Shown: positions 29,331-38,256 of the stretch, piece after piece | How the letters are laid out: the number at the start of each line of letters is the position of its first letter | Position numbering within the stretch: position 1 is the first letter of the stretch | From: Klebsiella pneumoniae | Lineage (GTDB): Bacteria; Myxococcota_A; UBA9042 | Direction of reading: 5' to 3' | DNA length: 64,000 nt | Assembly: GCA_945889325.1 (NCBI GenBank) | Contig: CAMDBH010000004.1 | Span: forward strand, 14,166-78,165 | Notes under the pieces: model-generated | What the model saw: only the letters and a program-made list of their open reading frames with translations | Told to the model about the DNA's origin: nothing | The model's database searches: none | Translations under genes and position numbers: made by a program

Positions 29331-30854
29331 ATGGGCTATTTCAAGCGAGAACAACTGCCGCCGCAGTATCCCGGTGTGTTGCACAAAGTAGCGACTCCAG
29401 TGCGCGCGGCTGTCGTCGGTGGCGGCCTGGCAGGCGTCGCCGCGGCGGTGATCTTGGCCGAGCGCGGCGTCCAAGTTACGGTTTTTGACCCCGAATCTGA
29501 GTTAGGCGGTCGCGCGCGAGGTTGGACCGACCATTTTCCCGACGGCAGCGCGCACGAAATGGAGCGCGGTTTCCACGCGTTCTTCCGGCAGTATTACAAC
29601 TTGCGGGCGCTGTTCAAACGCATCGACCCGCAACTCAAAATGCTAGTGCCGATGGCGGATTATCCCGTCATGGCGCCTGACGGCACCGTAGAGTATTTTG
29701 CCGACGTGCCGCACACCCCGCCGTTCAACGTCTTGACCATGGTGCAACAAAGCCCCAATTTCAAATGGCGGGACGTGATCAAATGCGACGTGCGGGCCAC
29801 TCTGGATATGCTGGCCTACGATCAGGAAAAAATATTTAAGAAATACGATAATATCTCGGCTGGCGCCTATTTGGACAAGCTCAATTTGCCGCCCAAAGCC
29901 CGCGCGATGATGTTCGACGTGTTTGCCCATTCGTTTTTCAACCCAGAACGTGAAATGTCCGCGGCGGAAATGCTGCAATACTTTCACTTTTATTTTACGC
30001 ATAATCCCGAGGGGTTAACTTTTGACGCGCTGCATCAGCCGCTGCATATTGCGGTTTGGCAGCCGCTGCGGGCTTATTTGGAGAAGTTGGGCGCGCGTTT
30101 CGCCATGGGTACGGCCGTCCATGCCGTGCGCAAACTCGGCGATAGGACTTGGCAAATCGAACACAGCGCAGTTGCCGCGGGCGGTGACACCGGCGTCGCA
30201 ACGGCCGATTGCGTGGTCTTGGCTGCGAGCGCCAACGCTGTGCGGGATATCGTGAGTCATTCCGGAGCTATCTGCGACCCGCGCTGGCGCGATGACATCG
30301 ACGCTTTGCGCATGACAGCGCCGTTTGCCGTCCTCCGCTTGTGGTTTGATCAGGCGATGCGCGCGGGACGCCCTGTGTTTGCAGCTGTTTCCGGTGCCGG
30401 CATTTTGGACTCGATCGCGATTTACGACATTGTGTCTGATTCTAATGCGCATTGGGCGATGAAAACCGGCGGTTCTGAAGTCGAAATCCATGCCTATGCG
30501 ATGCCAGCCGGATTGACTGAAGCGGAGATTCGCCAGCAGATGCTGGCCGGACTGCACGCGATTTATCCGGAAACGGCAACGATGGGGATCTTGCACGAAC
30601 AAATGCTGGTTTCGCAGGATTCACCAGCGTTTTTACCGGGTAGTGGCGCGCGGCGGCCGCGCGTTCACACGCCTAATCCGACTCTGGCACTCGCCGGCGA
30701 TTTTACGTGGATTCCAATGCCTTCGGGCCTGATGGAGCGAGCAGTCTCTTCCGGCATTTTGGCTGCTAACTGCCTGCTGAGTCACTGGAACGTTCGCGGC
30801 GAGCCGCTCGCGTGTGTGCCGCGGAGGGGGATTTTTGCCGCTGCCAACCGTTGA
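29331..30854 (+). CDS. FAD-dependent oxidoreductase of the carotenoid desaturase family, CrtU (isorenieratene synthase)-like
   Basis: Dinucleotide fold VVGGGLAGVAAAVILAERG. The motif ERGFHAFFRQYYNLR is one I associate with CrtU-type enzymes. Located within a crt cluster. Start trimmed to ATG 29331. Confidence 0.7.
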   Translation: MGYFKREQLPPQYPGVLHKVATPVRAAVVGGGLAGVAAAVILAERGVQVTVFDPESELGGRARGWTDHFPDGSAHEMERGFHAFFRQYYNLRALFKRIDPQLKMLVPMADYPVMAPDGTVEYFADVPHTPPFNVLTMVQQSPNFKWRDVIKCDVRATLDMLAYDQEKIFKKYDNISAGAYLDKLNLPPKARAMMFDVFAHSFFNPEREMSAAEMLQYFHFYFTHNPEGLTFDALHQPLHIAVWQPLRAYLEKLGARFAMGTAVHAVRKLGDRTWQIEHSAVAAGGDTGVATADCVVLAASANAVRDIVSHSGAICDPRWRDDIDALRMTAPFAVLRLWFDQAMRAGRPVFAAVSGAGILDSIAIYDIVSDSNAHWAMKTGGSEVEIHAYAMPAGLTEAEIRQQMLAGLHAIYPETATMGILHEQMLVSQDSPAFLPGSGARRPRVHTPNPTLALAGDFTWIPMPSGLMERAVSSGILAANCLLSHWNVRGEPLACVPRRGIFAAANR

Positions 30855-30863
30855 TGGTGCGGT

Positions 30864-33047
30864 TCAGTCAGCGCCAGTAATCGTCGGCACCGCCGGCACC
30901 GCTGTCGAAGTCGCTGGCGGCGGCGGCGGATCGGGAAAATGCGGATACACATACGTATCAAACAGTTCCTGCACCGATGCCGAACGCCTTTTGACCCGCG
31001 GCCCATAATCTTGCTGCACCGGCACAATGTAACTCGCCGTGCGCCGACCGATGCGCGGCAGCCACGCCGTATGCAGCAAAACACCGACAATCAGCTTGGG
31101 ACACGCGAGCTTGCAAATGGGCCCCTTGGCCAAGTTGGTCGCTTCAAACAACCAAACTTCGACCTGCTCATTGGTGTAGGCCATGCAAACGATGTAGCCG
31201 TCCTGTTCATCTGTCGGATCACCGCCGCGACGGGGCATAAACTGGTTGGAGAAAATCATCACTCCCGGCGGTGCGGTATAACTATCGATAACGGCAAGTG
31301 TATCGCAGACCACGCAGAACAAGGTCGCGGGCCGATCACCTTGCGCCTGCAGGGCTTTGAGTTGTTCCAAGGGCACCAAGCGGTTGCGGTCGTTGGCGTA
31401 CATGTTGAAAATGTACTGTGTCATCAGCTGGTTCCACATGCCACCGGAACCCCAATACGCGTACATATTGTGGCCCTGCAAACGCCCTGGCATGCACTGG
31501 CCGGCACCGGTGGCCAGCGTCAGGCTCCAAGTATTTGGATCACCAGCCAAAATGCCAGAGCCAACCACTTGCGCCGTTTCACCGTCGAGCACATAGCGGC
31601 CCAAACGCGTCAGATCGACCGCCGACGGGATCAGACCGAGCAAGTCCATGCTCACATTTTTCTTGCTATAAGCCGATGTATCGTAAGGCCGAATCCATTC
31701 AGCCAAATCTTGCGACGTTGTGTGCACGACCTGCAAATTGATGTGACCGTTGGGGTTTTCATAGTCCGCGGTGAAGTGAACAGCCGGCATGGGCACGGTC
31801 ACTTCCTTGACGGTCAATGTAACGTCTTCATTGGTTTTAAGTGGCGCTTGGCCCGGCTTGGCGATCAAGTCGGCGCGCTTGATGATGTAAAATGTCACAT
31901 CGTTGCGAATTCGCCGGCCCCAAAAGGAGCGAAACATGCGTTCGACAATCGTAAACTGCGGGAAAGGATTAGAAAAAACCTGGCCCATACCGACCTTAAA
32001 ACTGGTATCCATCAGCACAAGGTAATCGCGGGTCGCCACCATTTGGTGCACCGTTTCCGGAATCACCATTTTGGCGCCCTTTTCGTCCACCAATAGCCAG
32101 CGGGTGAAATTGGCCTTGCCATCCCAGCGCAACAAAAAGATAAAAGATTCTGGGAGGATGCCGTGCAGCGCGTCGGGCAACATCATCGATAGGTTGGTTT
32201 GGGTGCGGCCCATCCAATTGTTGAAATCCGTGTATAAACGCTGGATTTCACCGCCCGGATTCAGATCATCCAAAAGGCATTTCGCGCGGTATTTCAGTTC
32301 TTTGACGGCTTCCATCTCGCGCGCCACCATGGGCAACATGCCGGCGAGTTGTTCCATGCCCTTGCCATAATTCACGCTAAAAAATTCGCTGGTTTGTTGA
32401 TCCCAAACAGGATGGGCCGTTGAAAAAACCGTCGCAAACGGCTGAAAACGCAGTGCTTCCGCCTGCCATTCGTCCGACCAGCCCACCGCGGTTACCAAAT
32501 CCAGCGTTTCCAGATCAATTTCCCACGGTCGGCCTGCGTCGTATGTCACCAAAAGTCGTGGCAATTCAGCGGGATCCTCGCTGCCCATCGGCAAAAACGC
32601 CGTGTTGAGCAAGTCGCGGGCCCCCAAACGCCAGGAAAAACGAATCATGCCGTGGTTTTGAAAACCCAAGTGACTGAGTTTTGCATTAAAAGTAGTGGCC
32701 TTGTCGGCGTAAAAATCGGGGGTGCCGGCGATGCGAGTGCTCACCGCAACGCCGGTGCAATCGCCGTCGGTGTTGACCTCAAAATCAAAGCGCGCGATCA
32801 GGCCATCACCGCTAAAGGTGGATGTCGCATTGGATTCATTGTACGGCAGGCCGCCGGTCGCTTCATTGCCACAAGGACCCACGACAAAATAGTGGCCGTA
32901 CAAATCCTTGGGCAGCGCGCCCTCGATCACCGTCATCGGCGTGCGCGACAGTTCATTGCGATCGGCGATGCGCAGCGTCTTTGGCAGGATGGGAGCGGGG
33001 ATCGGCGGCGTTGCGATGGCTGACCTCGGGGGTAAGATGCGCGCCAT
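30864..33047 (-). CDS. Carotenoid cleavage oxygenase family protein (RPE65/CCO type), unusually long (727 aa)
   Basis: Four His-containing segments in the expected order (AHPVWD, VHQMVATRDY, VHFTADY, LLHTAWLP), with N-terminal GALPKDLYGHYFVVGP. Start trimmed from 33356 to the ATG at 33045-33047 (complement), because the track ORF would overlap crtY. Confidence 0.8.
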   Translation of the reverse strand: MARILPPRSAIATPPIPAPILPKTLRIADRNELSRTPMTVIEGALPKDLYGHYFVVGPCGNEATGGLPYNESNATSTFSGDGLIARFDFEVNTDGDCTGVAVSTRIAGTPDFYADKATTFNAKLSHLGFQNHGMIRFSWRLGARDLLNTAFLPMGSEDPAELPRLLVTYDAGRPWEIDLETLDLVTAVGWSDEWQAEALRFQPFATVFSTAHPVWDQQTSEFFSVNYGKGMEQLAGMLPMVAREMEAVKELKYRAKCLLDDLNPGGEIQRLYTDFNNWMGRTQTNLSMMLPDALHGILPESFIFLLRWDGKANFTRWLLVDEKGAKMVIPETVHQMVATRDYLVLMDTSFKVGMGQVFSNPFPQFTIVERMFRSFWGRRIRNDVTFYIIKRADLIAKPGQAPLKTNEDVTLTVKEVTVPMPAVHFTADYENPNGHINLQVVHTTSQDLAEWIRPYDTSAYSKKNVSMDLLGLIPSAVDLTRLGRYVLDGETAQVVGSGILAGDPNTWSLTLATGAGQCMPGRLQGHNMYAYWGSGGMWNQLMTQYIFNMYANDRNRLVPLEQLKALQAQGDRPATLFCVVCDTLAVIDSYTAPPGVMIFSNQFMPRRGGDPTDEQDGYIVCMAYTNEQVEVWLFEATNLAKGPICKLACPKLIVGVLLHTAWLPRIGRRTASYIVPVQQDYGPRVKRRSASVQELFDTYVYPHFPDPPPPPATSTAVPAVPTITGAD

Positions 33048-33131
33048 CGTACGGGGAAAAGCCCTTGCGCGCCACTTTCTGCGGCAAAACGCAGCCGCGC
33101 GATTGTCCGTCGGCTGCGATCGCGCTAGTTT

Positions 33132-34325
33132 GTGCGCAACACGAGGCCCCTTTTGGCGGATTTTGATTGCATACTGGTCGGCGGTGGCCTGCACAACGGC
33201 CTTATGGCGCTGGCGCTGTTGCACAAGCAGCCGCTGTTGCGCATTGCTTTGATTGAAAAAAGCGATCGCTTGGGCGGCAACCACACTTGGTCGTGTCACG
33301 CCCAAGATGTGCCTGCGGCCGAAATGGCTTGGTTTGCGCCGCTCATCCAATGGCAATGGCCAGCCTACGACGTTTTTTTTGCCGGCACTCAGCGCACAGT
33401 TATCTCAAATTATCATACCTTTACGGGCGACTACCTGCATGAGGTTGTGCAGCGGGCGTTTGCGCTGCGCCCCGACTGTGGCGTGTTCTTGAACAGCACA
33501 ATCGTGCAAGTCGGCGCCAATCAAGCGGTTTTCAGCGACGGTCGGCGTTTGAGCGCACAAGTGGTTTTCGATGCGCGCGGACCCGATGCTACTGTCCAGA
33601 GGCCAAACACAGGCTATCAAAAATTTTTGGGTCTGGAACTGGAATTCACCGCGCCGCACGGCATGCAGCGGCCGATCCTGTTGGACACGCGCGTGGCGCA
33701 AGACGACGGCCTGCATTTTGTGTATGTGTTGCCGTTCTCAGCCACGCGGGCGCTGGTCGAACAGACTTATTTCAGTCAAAATCCCGATTTGGATTGCGAT
33801 CGCCTGCGCCGACAGGTGCACGATTGGGCGCAAAGCAAAGGGCTTGTGGTGGCGCAGGTCGCGCGCGAGGAAGCCGCTGTGCTGCCTATGCCTTACGCCA
33901 TGCCGCGGATCCAAATTCCCGATATTTCAGAGGATAAGCCGCTGGTTTTGGGTTTTGGCCACGGCTGGTTTCATCCGGCGACTGGGTACTCGTTGCCCTG
34001 GGCTGTGCGCGCGGCCGCAACCGCGGCCGATCAGCCGTTCAATGCCCACCGCGTCTTGGCCGACTTGGCCGATGTTCACGCAGAACAACTTGGATTTATG
34101 TTGCTTCTGAATCGACTGCTGTTTACCGCGACTCAACCGCAACTGTGCTGGCACATTTTCCAGCGCTTTTACACCCTTCCGGCGCCGCTCATCGAACGAT
34201 TTTACGCCATGCGCCTGACTTTATTGGATCGGGGCCGCATGATGGCGGGCAGGCCGCCCAAAGGCGTGTCGCTGCGTTCAGCAGCGCGTGCCTTCGCCCA
34301 AGCGGCAAGAGCAGGGAATCTATAG
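33132..34325 (+). CDS. crtY: Lycopene beta-cyclase
   Basis: DCILVGGGLHNGLMALAL, GGNHTWS, FHPATGYSLP, and the C-terminal QRFYTLPAPLIERFYAMRLTLLDR match proteobacterial CrtY along the whole length. Confidence 0.9.
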   Translation: MRNTRPLLADFDCILVGGGLHNGLMALALLHKQPLLRIALIEKSDRLGGNHTWSCHAQDVPAAEMAWFAPLIQWQWPAYDVFFAGTQRTVISNYHTFTGDYLHEVVQRAFALRPDCGVFLNSTIVQVGANQAVFSDGRRLSAQVVFDARGPDATVQRPNTGYQKFLGLELEFTAPHGMQRPILLDTRVAQDDGLHFVYVLPFSATRALVEQTYFSQNPDLDCDRLRRQVHDWAQSKGLVVAQVAREEAAVLPMPYAMPRIQIPDISEDKPLVLGFGHGWFHPATGYSLPWAVRAAATAADQPFNAHRVLADLADVHAEQLGFMLLLNRLLFTATQPQLCWHIFQRFYTLPAPLIERFYAMRLTLLDRGRMMAGRPPKGVSLRSAARAFAQAARAGNL

Positions 34326-34363
34326 TTTTTTTCTTGCGGTGGCGGTCGGTGGTGGAGGATACT

Positions 34364-35863
34364 GTGTCGGCAACAAATTTGCGCTGCGCCGTGATTGGCA
34401 GCGGTTTTGGCGGGCTGGCAGCGGCCATACGCCTTCAAGCGCAAGGATTTCACACGGTGTTGTTTGAAGCCCGCGACAAGCCCGGCGGTCGCGCCTACGT
34501 CTATCAGCAGGATGGCTACACATTCGACGCCGGTCCAACGGTGATTACGGCGCCGCAATGTTTGGAGGAACTGTTTGCTTGCGCGGGCAAAAAACTCTCT
34601 GATTATGTCGAGCTATTGCCGGTTGAGCCGTTTTACCGCCTGATTTGGTCCGACGGCGCTACGTTTGACTATACTGGCGATGAAGCACGCCTGATTGAGC
34701 AGATTCATCAACGCAATCCAAAAGATGTCGAAGGCTATCGCCGCTTTGTCGCCTTTAGCAAGCGCGCTTTTCAGGCCGGCTACACCGATCGCGTGGCTGA
34801 GCCGTTCCTGCGTTTCCGCGACATGCTGGCTGCCGTGCCATCGATGGCGCAACTGCGCGCCGATCGGTCGGTTTACGCGACTGTGGCGGCCCATGTGCAG
34901 GATGAACACTTGCGCGAAGCGTTGAGTTTCCACGCCCTGCTGATCGGCGGTAACCCCATGGACGTCAGCGCGATTTACACGCTGATCCACTACTTGGAGC
35001 GGCAATTTGGGGTGTTTTTTCCGCGCGGTGGCACAGGGGCGCTGGTCCAGGCGATGTGCAAGGTTTTCACTGAATTGGGCGGCGACCTGCGCTTGGCGAC
35101 CTCGGTGCAAGGCGTGCGCCTGCAGCAACGTTTGGGCAAGACGCAACACCTTGTTGCGACAGGTGATCAACCGGCGGAAGCGTTTGATCTGGTCGTGTCC
35201 AATGCCGATTTACATCATACATACAGTACGCTATACGATTCGCAGCCCAGCGCGCGCAAAATGAGTCGGCGTTTGGCCAAAATGGACTGGTCCATGTCGC
35301 TTTTTGTCCTGTACTTCGGCACCGATGTGCAATATGCCGACATTGCCCACCACACGGTGATCTTTGGGCCGCGCTACCATGGACTTTTGCAGGACATTTT
35401 CAACGGCCCGCGTCTGCCCGAAGATTTTAGCCTTTATTTGCATCGACCCACTGCCAGCGATCCGACTTTGGCCCCCCCAGGGTGCGATGCGTTCTATGTG
35501 CTGAGTCCCGTTCCGCATTTGGGTCACGCGGCCATCGATTGGCTGCACGAAGGGCCAATTTACGCTGAAAAAATTCTGACTGCTTTGGAGAAACAACTGC
35601 CGAATGTGCGTCAACATATTGTAACAAAGCGCCATTTTACGCCTACGGATTTTGAAAGCGAACTCCGTGCCTACCACGGCTCGGCGTTTTCAGTGGCGCC
35701 CACGTTGGGCCAAAGTGCATGGTTTCGTCCACATAACCGCGATCCGGACATCGCTGGCCTCTACATCGTCGGCGCAGGCACCCATCCCGGTGCGGGGCTG
35801 CCGGGCGTCATCAATTCAGCAAAAGCGACTGCCAACGTGATCGCGCGGGACTTTGGCCTATGA
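34364..35863 (+). CDS. crtI: Phytoene desaturase
   Basis: GTG 34364 is preceded by GGAGG at 34355-34359. VIGSGFGGLAAAIRLQAQGFHTVLFEARDKPGGRAYVYQQDGYTFDAGPTVIT is near-identical in pattern to CrtI. The track start at 34145 would overlap crtY and is rejected. Confidence 0.95.
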   Translation: MSATNLRCAVIGSGFGGLAAAIRLQAQGFHTVLFEARDKPGGRAYVYQQDGYTFDAGPTVITAPQCLEELFACAGKKLSDYVELLPVEPFYRLIWSDGATFDYTGDEARLIEQIHQRNPKDVEGYRRFVAFSKRAFQAGYTDRVAEPFLRFRDMLAAVPSMAQLRADRSVYATVAAHVQDEHLREALSFHALLIGGNPMDVSAIYTLIHYLERQFGVFFPRGGTGALVQAMCKVFTELGGDLRLATSVQGVRLQQRLGKTQHLVATGDQPAEAFDLVVSNADLHHTYSTLYDSQPSARKMSRRLAKMDWSMSLFVLYFGTDVQYADIAHHTVIFGPRYHGLLQDIFNGPRLPEDFSLYLHRPTASDPTLAPPGCDAFYVLSPVPHLGHAAIDWLHEGPIYAEKILTALEKQLPNVRQHIVTKRHFTPTDFESELRAYHGSAFSVAPTLGQSAWFRPHNRDPDIAGLYIVGAGTHPGAGLPGVINSAKATANVIARDFGL

Positions 35864-36826
35864 GTCACAATGCCGCAGCATTGCGCGCCATTTTGGCCAA
35901 GGGTTCCAAAAGTTTTTCTCTGGCGTCGCACCTGTTGGCGCCCGATGCGCGCGATGCGGCCGCTGCGGTTTACGCATTTTGCCGCCGCTGCGATGACGCC
36001 GTGGATGAAGTCGCTGTGAGCGCGCAACCGGCGGCGCTGGCGCAACTGCGGCAGGAACTCGATTCCATCTACAACCATGAACTGCAAACAGATTTGGCGC
36101 TCGCCGCCTTTGCTGAAGTCGCGCAATCGCGCAAAATTCCGCGCGAATACCCAACGGAGTTGATCGAAGGCATGGCGATGGACGTCATCGGCACCCGTTA
36201 TCGCGATTTGGACGATCTACTTTTGTATTGTTATCGAGTGGCTAGCGTCGTCGGCTTGATGATGTGCCACGTCATGGGGGGTGCGCGACGACGCGGCTTT
36301 GCCGCACGCGGCCCACTTGGGTGTAGCATTGCAACTGACCAATATCTGTCGCGATGTTCAGGAAGATTGGCAACTGGGCCGCCTTTACCTGCCTGATAGT
36401 TTCCTAGGCAACGCAGTCGCCGAAGATCTGCACCGCGAACTGTCGAAACAGACACAAGTTCGCGGCTCTCTGCCGCAGCGGTGGGCGCTGGAAATTCAAC
36501 GCGCCATCCAAGCCCTGCTGGCAGTTGCCGACAAATACTACGCAAGTGCAGATAAAGGCTTAACTTACTTGTCATTGCCCAGCGCCACAGCCATTCGCAG
36601 CGCGCGCTGGATCTACTGGGGTATCGGCGCCAAGCTGGCGGGCAACCAGTTTGACCCGTGGCGCGGCCGAACTGTTGTGCCGATGACGAACAAATTAGCG
36701 CTTTTGTCGCAAGCCATCGCGGGCGAGATCGTGCGCGCGCCCTTGCGCTTGCGCACAAGCTTTCGATCGGTGCGTATTCCGGCAACCACCGTGGGCGTTG
36801 CGGCACTGCAGCTGCCGCGGAGCTAA
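35860..36826 (+). pseudogene. crtB: Phytoene synthase interrupted by a +1 frameshift in a G6 homopolymer (36276-36281)
   Basis: Track ORFs 35860-36396 (frame 1) and 36281-36826 (frame 2) together give a full-length CrtB: ...YCYRVASVVGLMMCHVMG / VRDDAALPHAAHLGVALQLTNICRDVQEDWQLGRLYLP... Removing one G from GGGGGG restores a single frame. The start ATG overlaps the crtI stop (ATGA). Confidence 0.85.
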
Positions 36827-36827
36827 A

Positions 36828-37655
36828 CTAAGGAACTGTCTTATTATACTGGCACTTGCCAGCGACACACGTCGGCGCCGGTGCCATGCACTTCGGCGTG
36901 GCGAAGCCGCATTTGGCGGCGTAGCCGTACTTCTTGCACAGGTTGTCGTCGACCCAACCCACGATTTTCATAACGTCATTTTGCATGCCGCCGTTGACCG
37001 CGGCGCCGCAACTGCCTTGGCAGGACGTCGAGGTCGACGCGATCACGCAGTCATCGTCCTGGCTGCAAGCCTTGGATTTTCCGACCATATCGTCGATCGC
37101 GGCCCAAACTTCTTTGATCAAGTTGTCGCAATTGGCCTCGATGCATTCGCTTTTGCCGTAGCCCTTGAAATAGCCCTCCGCGCAGACCCAGATCGTGCCT
37201 TCGCAGACGGTATTCTTTGGCGCCGCGCCCGCGCAATTAGATGATGAATCGCTAGCCATTACATCCGCTGGCGTGATTTCTACGCCGTTGACGGCGTCGC
37301 CATCGCTGTCCTTGCCAGCCGTGTCGACGGGCGCAATATCCTTGCTGTCAGCATCGCCAACTGCGCCATCGGCCAACATCAATTCGCCTGTCTGGTCGCC
37401 CGTACCTGCGTCCGCCACAACGGCATCGATGGGCGCGGTGTCGGCCACGTGGGCATCGCTTGCCCCGCCGTCGGGCCCGACAGCATCGTTTGCCGCGCCG
37501 TCGTTCGCGCCGGCGTCGGCAACGACGGCGAGATCAGGCTCGAATTCATCAAAAAAATTGGTCGCAGTATCGGTCGACGCGCCGCTACCCGCTGTGTTGC
37601 TCCCACACGCTGCCAGGGAGAGCGCGCACATGGCGCCGACAAAAATTGGATTCAT
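36828..37655 (-). CDS. Cys-rich lipoprotein (lipobox LSLAAC, acidic low-complexity linker, 14-Cys C-terminal domain)
   Basis: Start trimmed to the ATG at 37653-37655 (complement), giving MNPIFVGAMCALSLAACGS. A GGGAG lies upstream. The mature part has an even number of Cys. Confidence 0.6.
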   Translation of the reverse strand: MNPIFVGAMCALSLAACGSNTAGSGASTDTATNFFDEFEPDLAVVADAGANDGAANDAVGPDGGASDAHVADTAPIDAVVADAGTGDQTGELMLADGAVGDADSKDIAPVDTAGKDSDGDAVNGVEITPADVMASDSSSNCAGAAPKNTVCEGTIWVCAEGYFKGYGKSECIEANCDNLIKEVWAAIDDMVGKSKACSQDDDCVIASTSTSCQGSCGAAVNGGMQNDVMKIVGWVDDNLCKKYGYAAKCGFATPKCMAPAPTCVAGKCQYNKTVP

Positions 37656-37719
37656 TGGAGTCTCCCTAGTTTGCAAGTCAGAAATCTTAGCAAGAAAACC
37701 GCGGATCCGCCAAATCAGC

Positions 37720-38238
37720 TCAACGTTTGAGCAAAATCGTGCCGCGCGCGCCTTGATCAAAACGGCCGGCAATCTTGTCAAAAAGCGCAAAATGCACCGG
37801 CGCAAGCACCATGGTCATCAGGGCAAGCGGCAGCGCCATGCGCACCACTTCGCCGTAGGATTCAAACTGCCGATGAAAAATAGACTCGAGAATCAGGAAC
37901 ATACCCGTCGCACCGATGGACATGCCGGCCGATGTCGCCATCACCGGCACTGCGCTGTGCAAATCGACGCGACGAGCGAGTACGCGCGCAAGCAGGACCG
38001 CAAACACATTGATTTCTGTGTATAAACCCACCGGTGCGCTCAACGCCAAACCGTCCTTGAGTAAACCCACGACAAACGCGGTAATCAGCGCCGGCAGCAA
38101 CTCCGCACGACTGCCGGCATACAGCGCGGTTAAAAGCGCGATATCAGGCGCAAAAAACTGCGAGTCAAAATGGCCCAGCAGCGGCGACACCAGCGTCAAA
38201 AGCGCAAATGCGGTCAAAATCCAGCTGAGTTCCTTCAA
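37720..38238 (-). CDS. mreD: Rod shape-determining protein MreD
   Basis: 172 aa, polytopic, located immediately downstream of mreC. Sequence pattern PDIALLTALYAG... Confidence 0.8.
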   Translation of the reverse strand: MKELSWILTAFALLTLVSPLLGHFDSQFFAPDIALLTALYAGSRAELLPALITAFVVGLLKDGLALSAPVGLYTEINVFAVLLARVLARRVDLHSAVPVMATSAGMSIGATGMFLILESIFHRQFESYGEVVRMALPLALMTMVLAPVHFALFDKIAGRFDQGARGTILLKR

Positions 38239-38256
38239 CTTAGTCGCCTCATGCGG

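Noticed and set aside
30939-32096. 385-aa plus-strand ORF
   Set aside because: It is antisense to the carotenoid oxygenase gene. The composition is Arg/His/Gly-rich with no domain.
35860-36826. Treating the two crtB-region ORFs as two separate genes
   Set aside because: Together they are colinear with a single phytoene synthase, and the junction maps to one extra G in a homopolymer. It is a frameshifted single gene.
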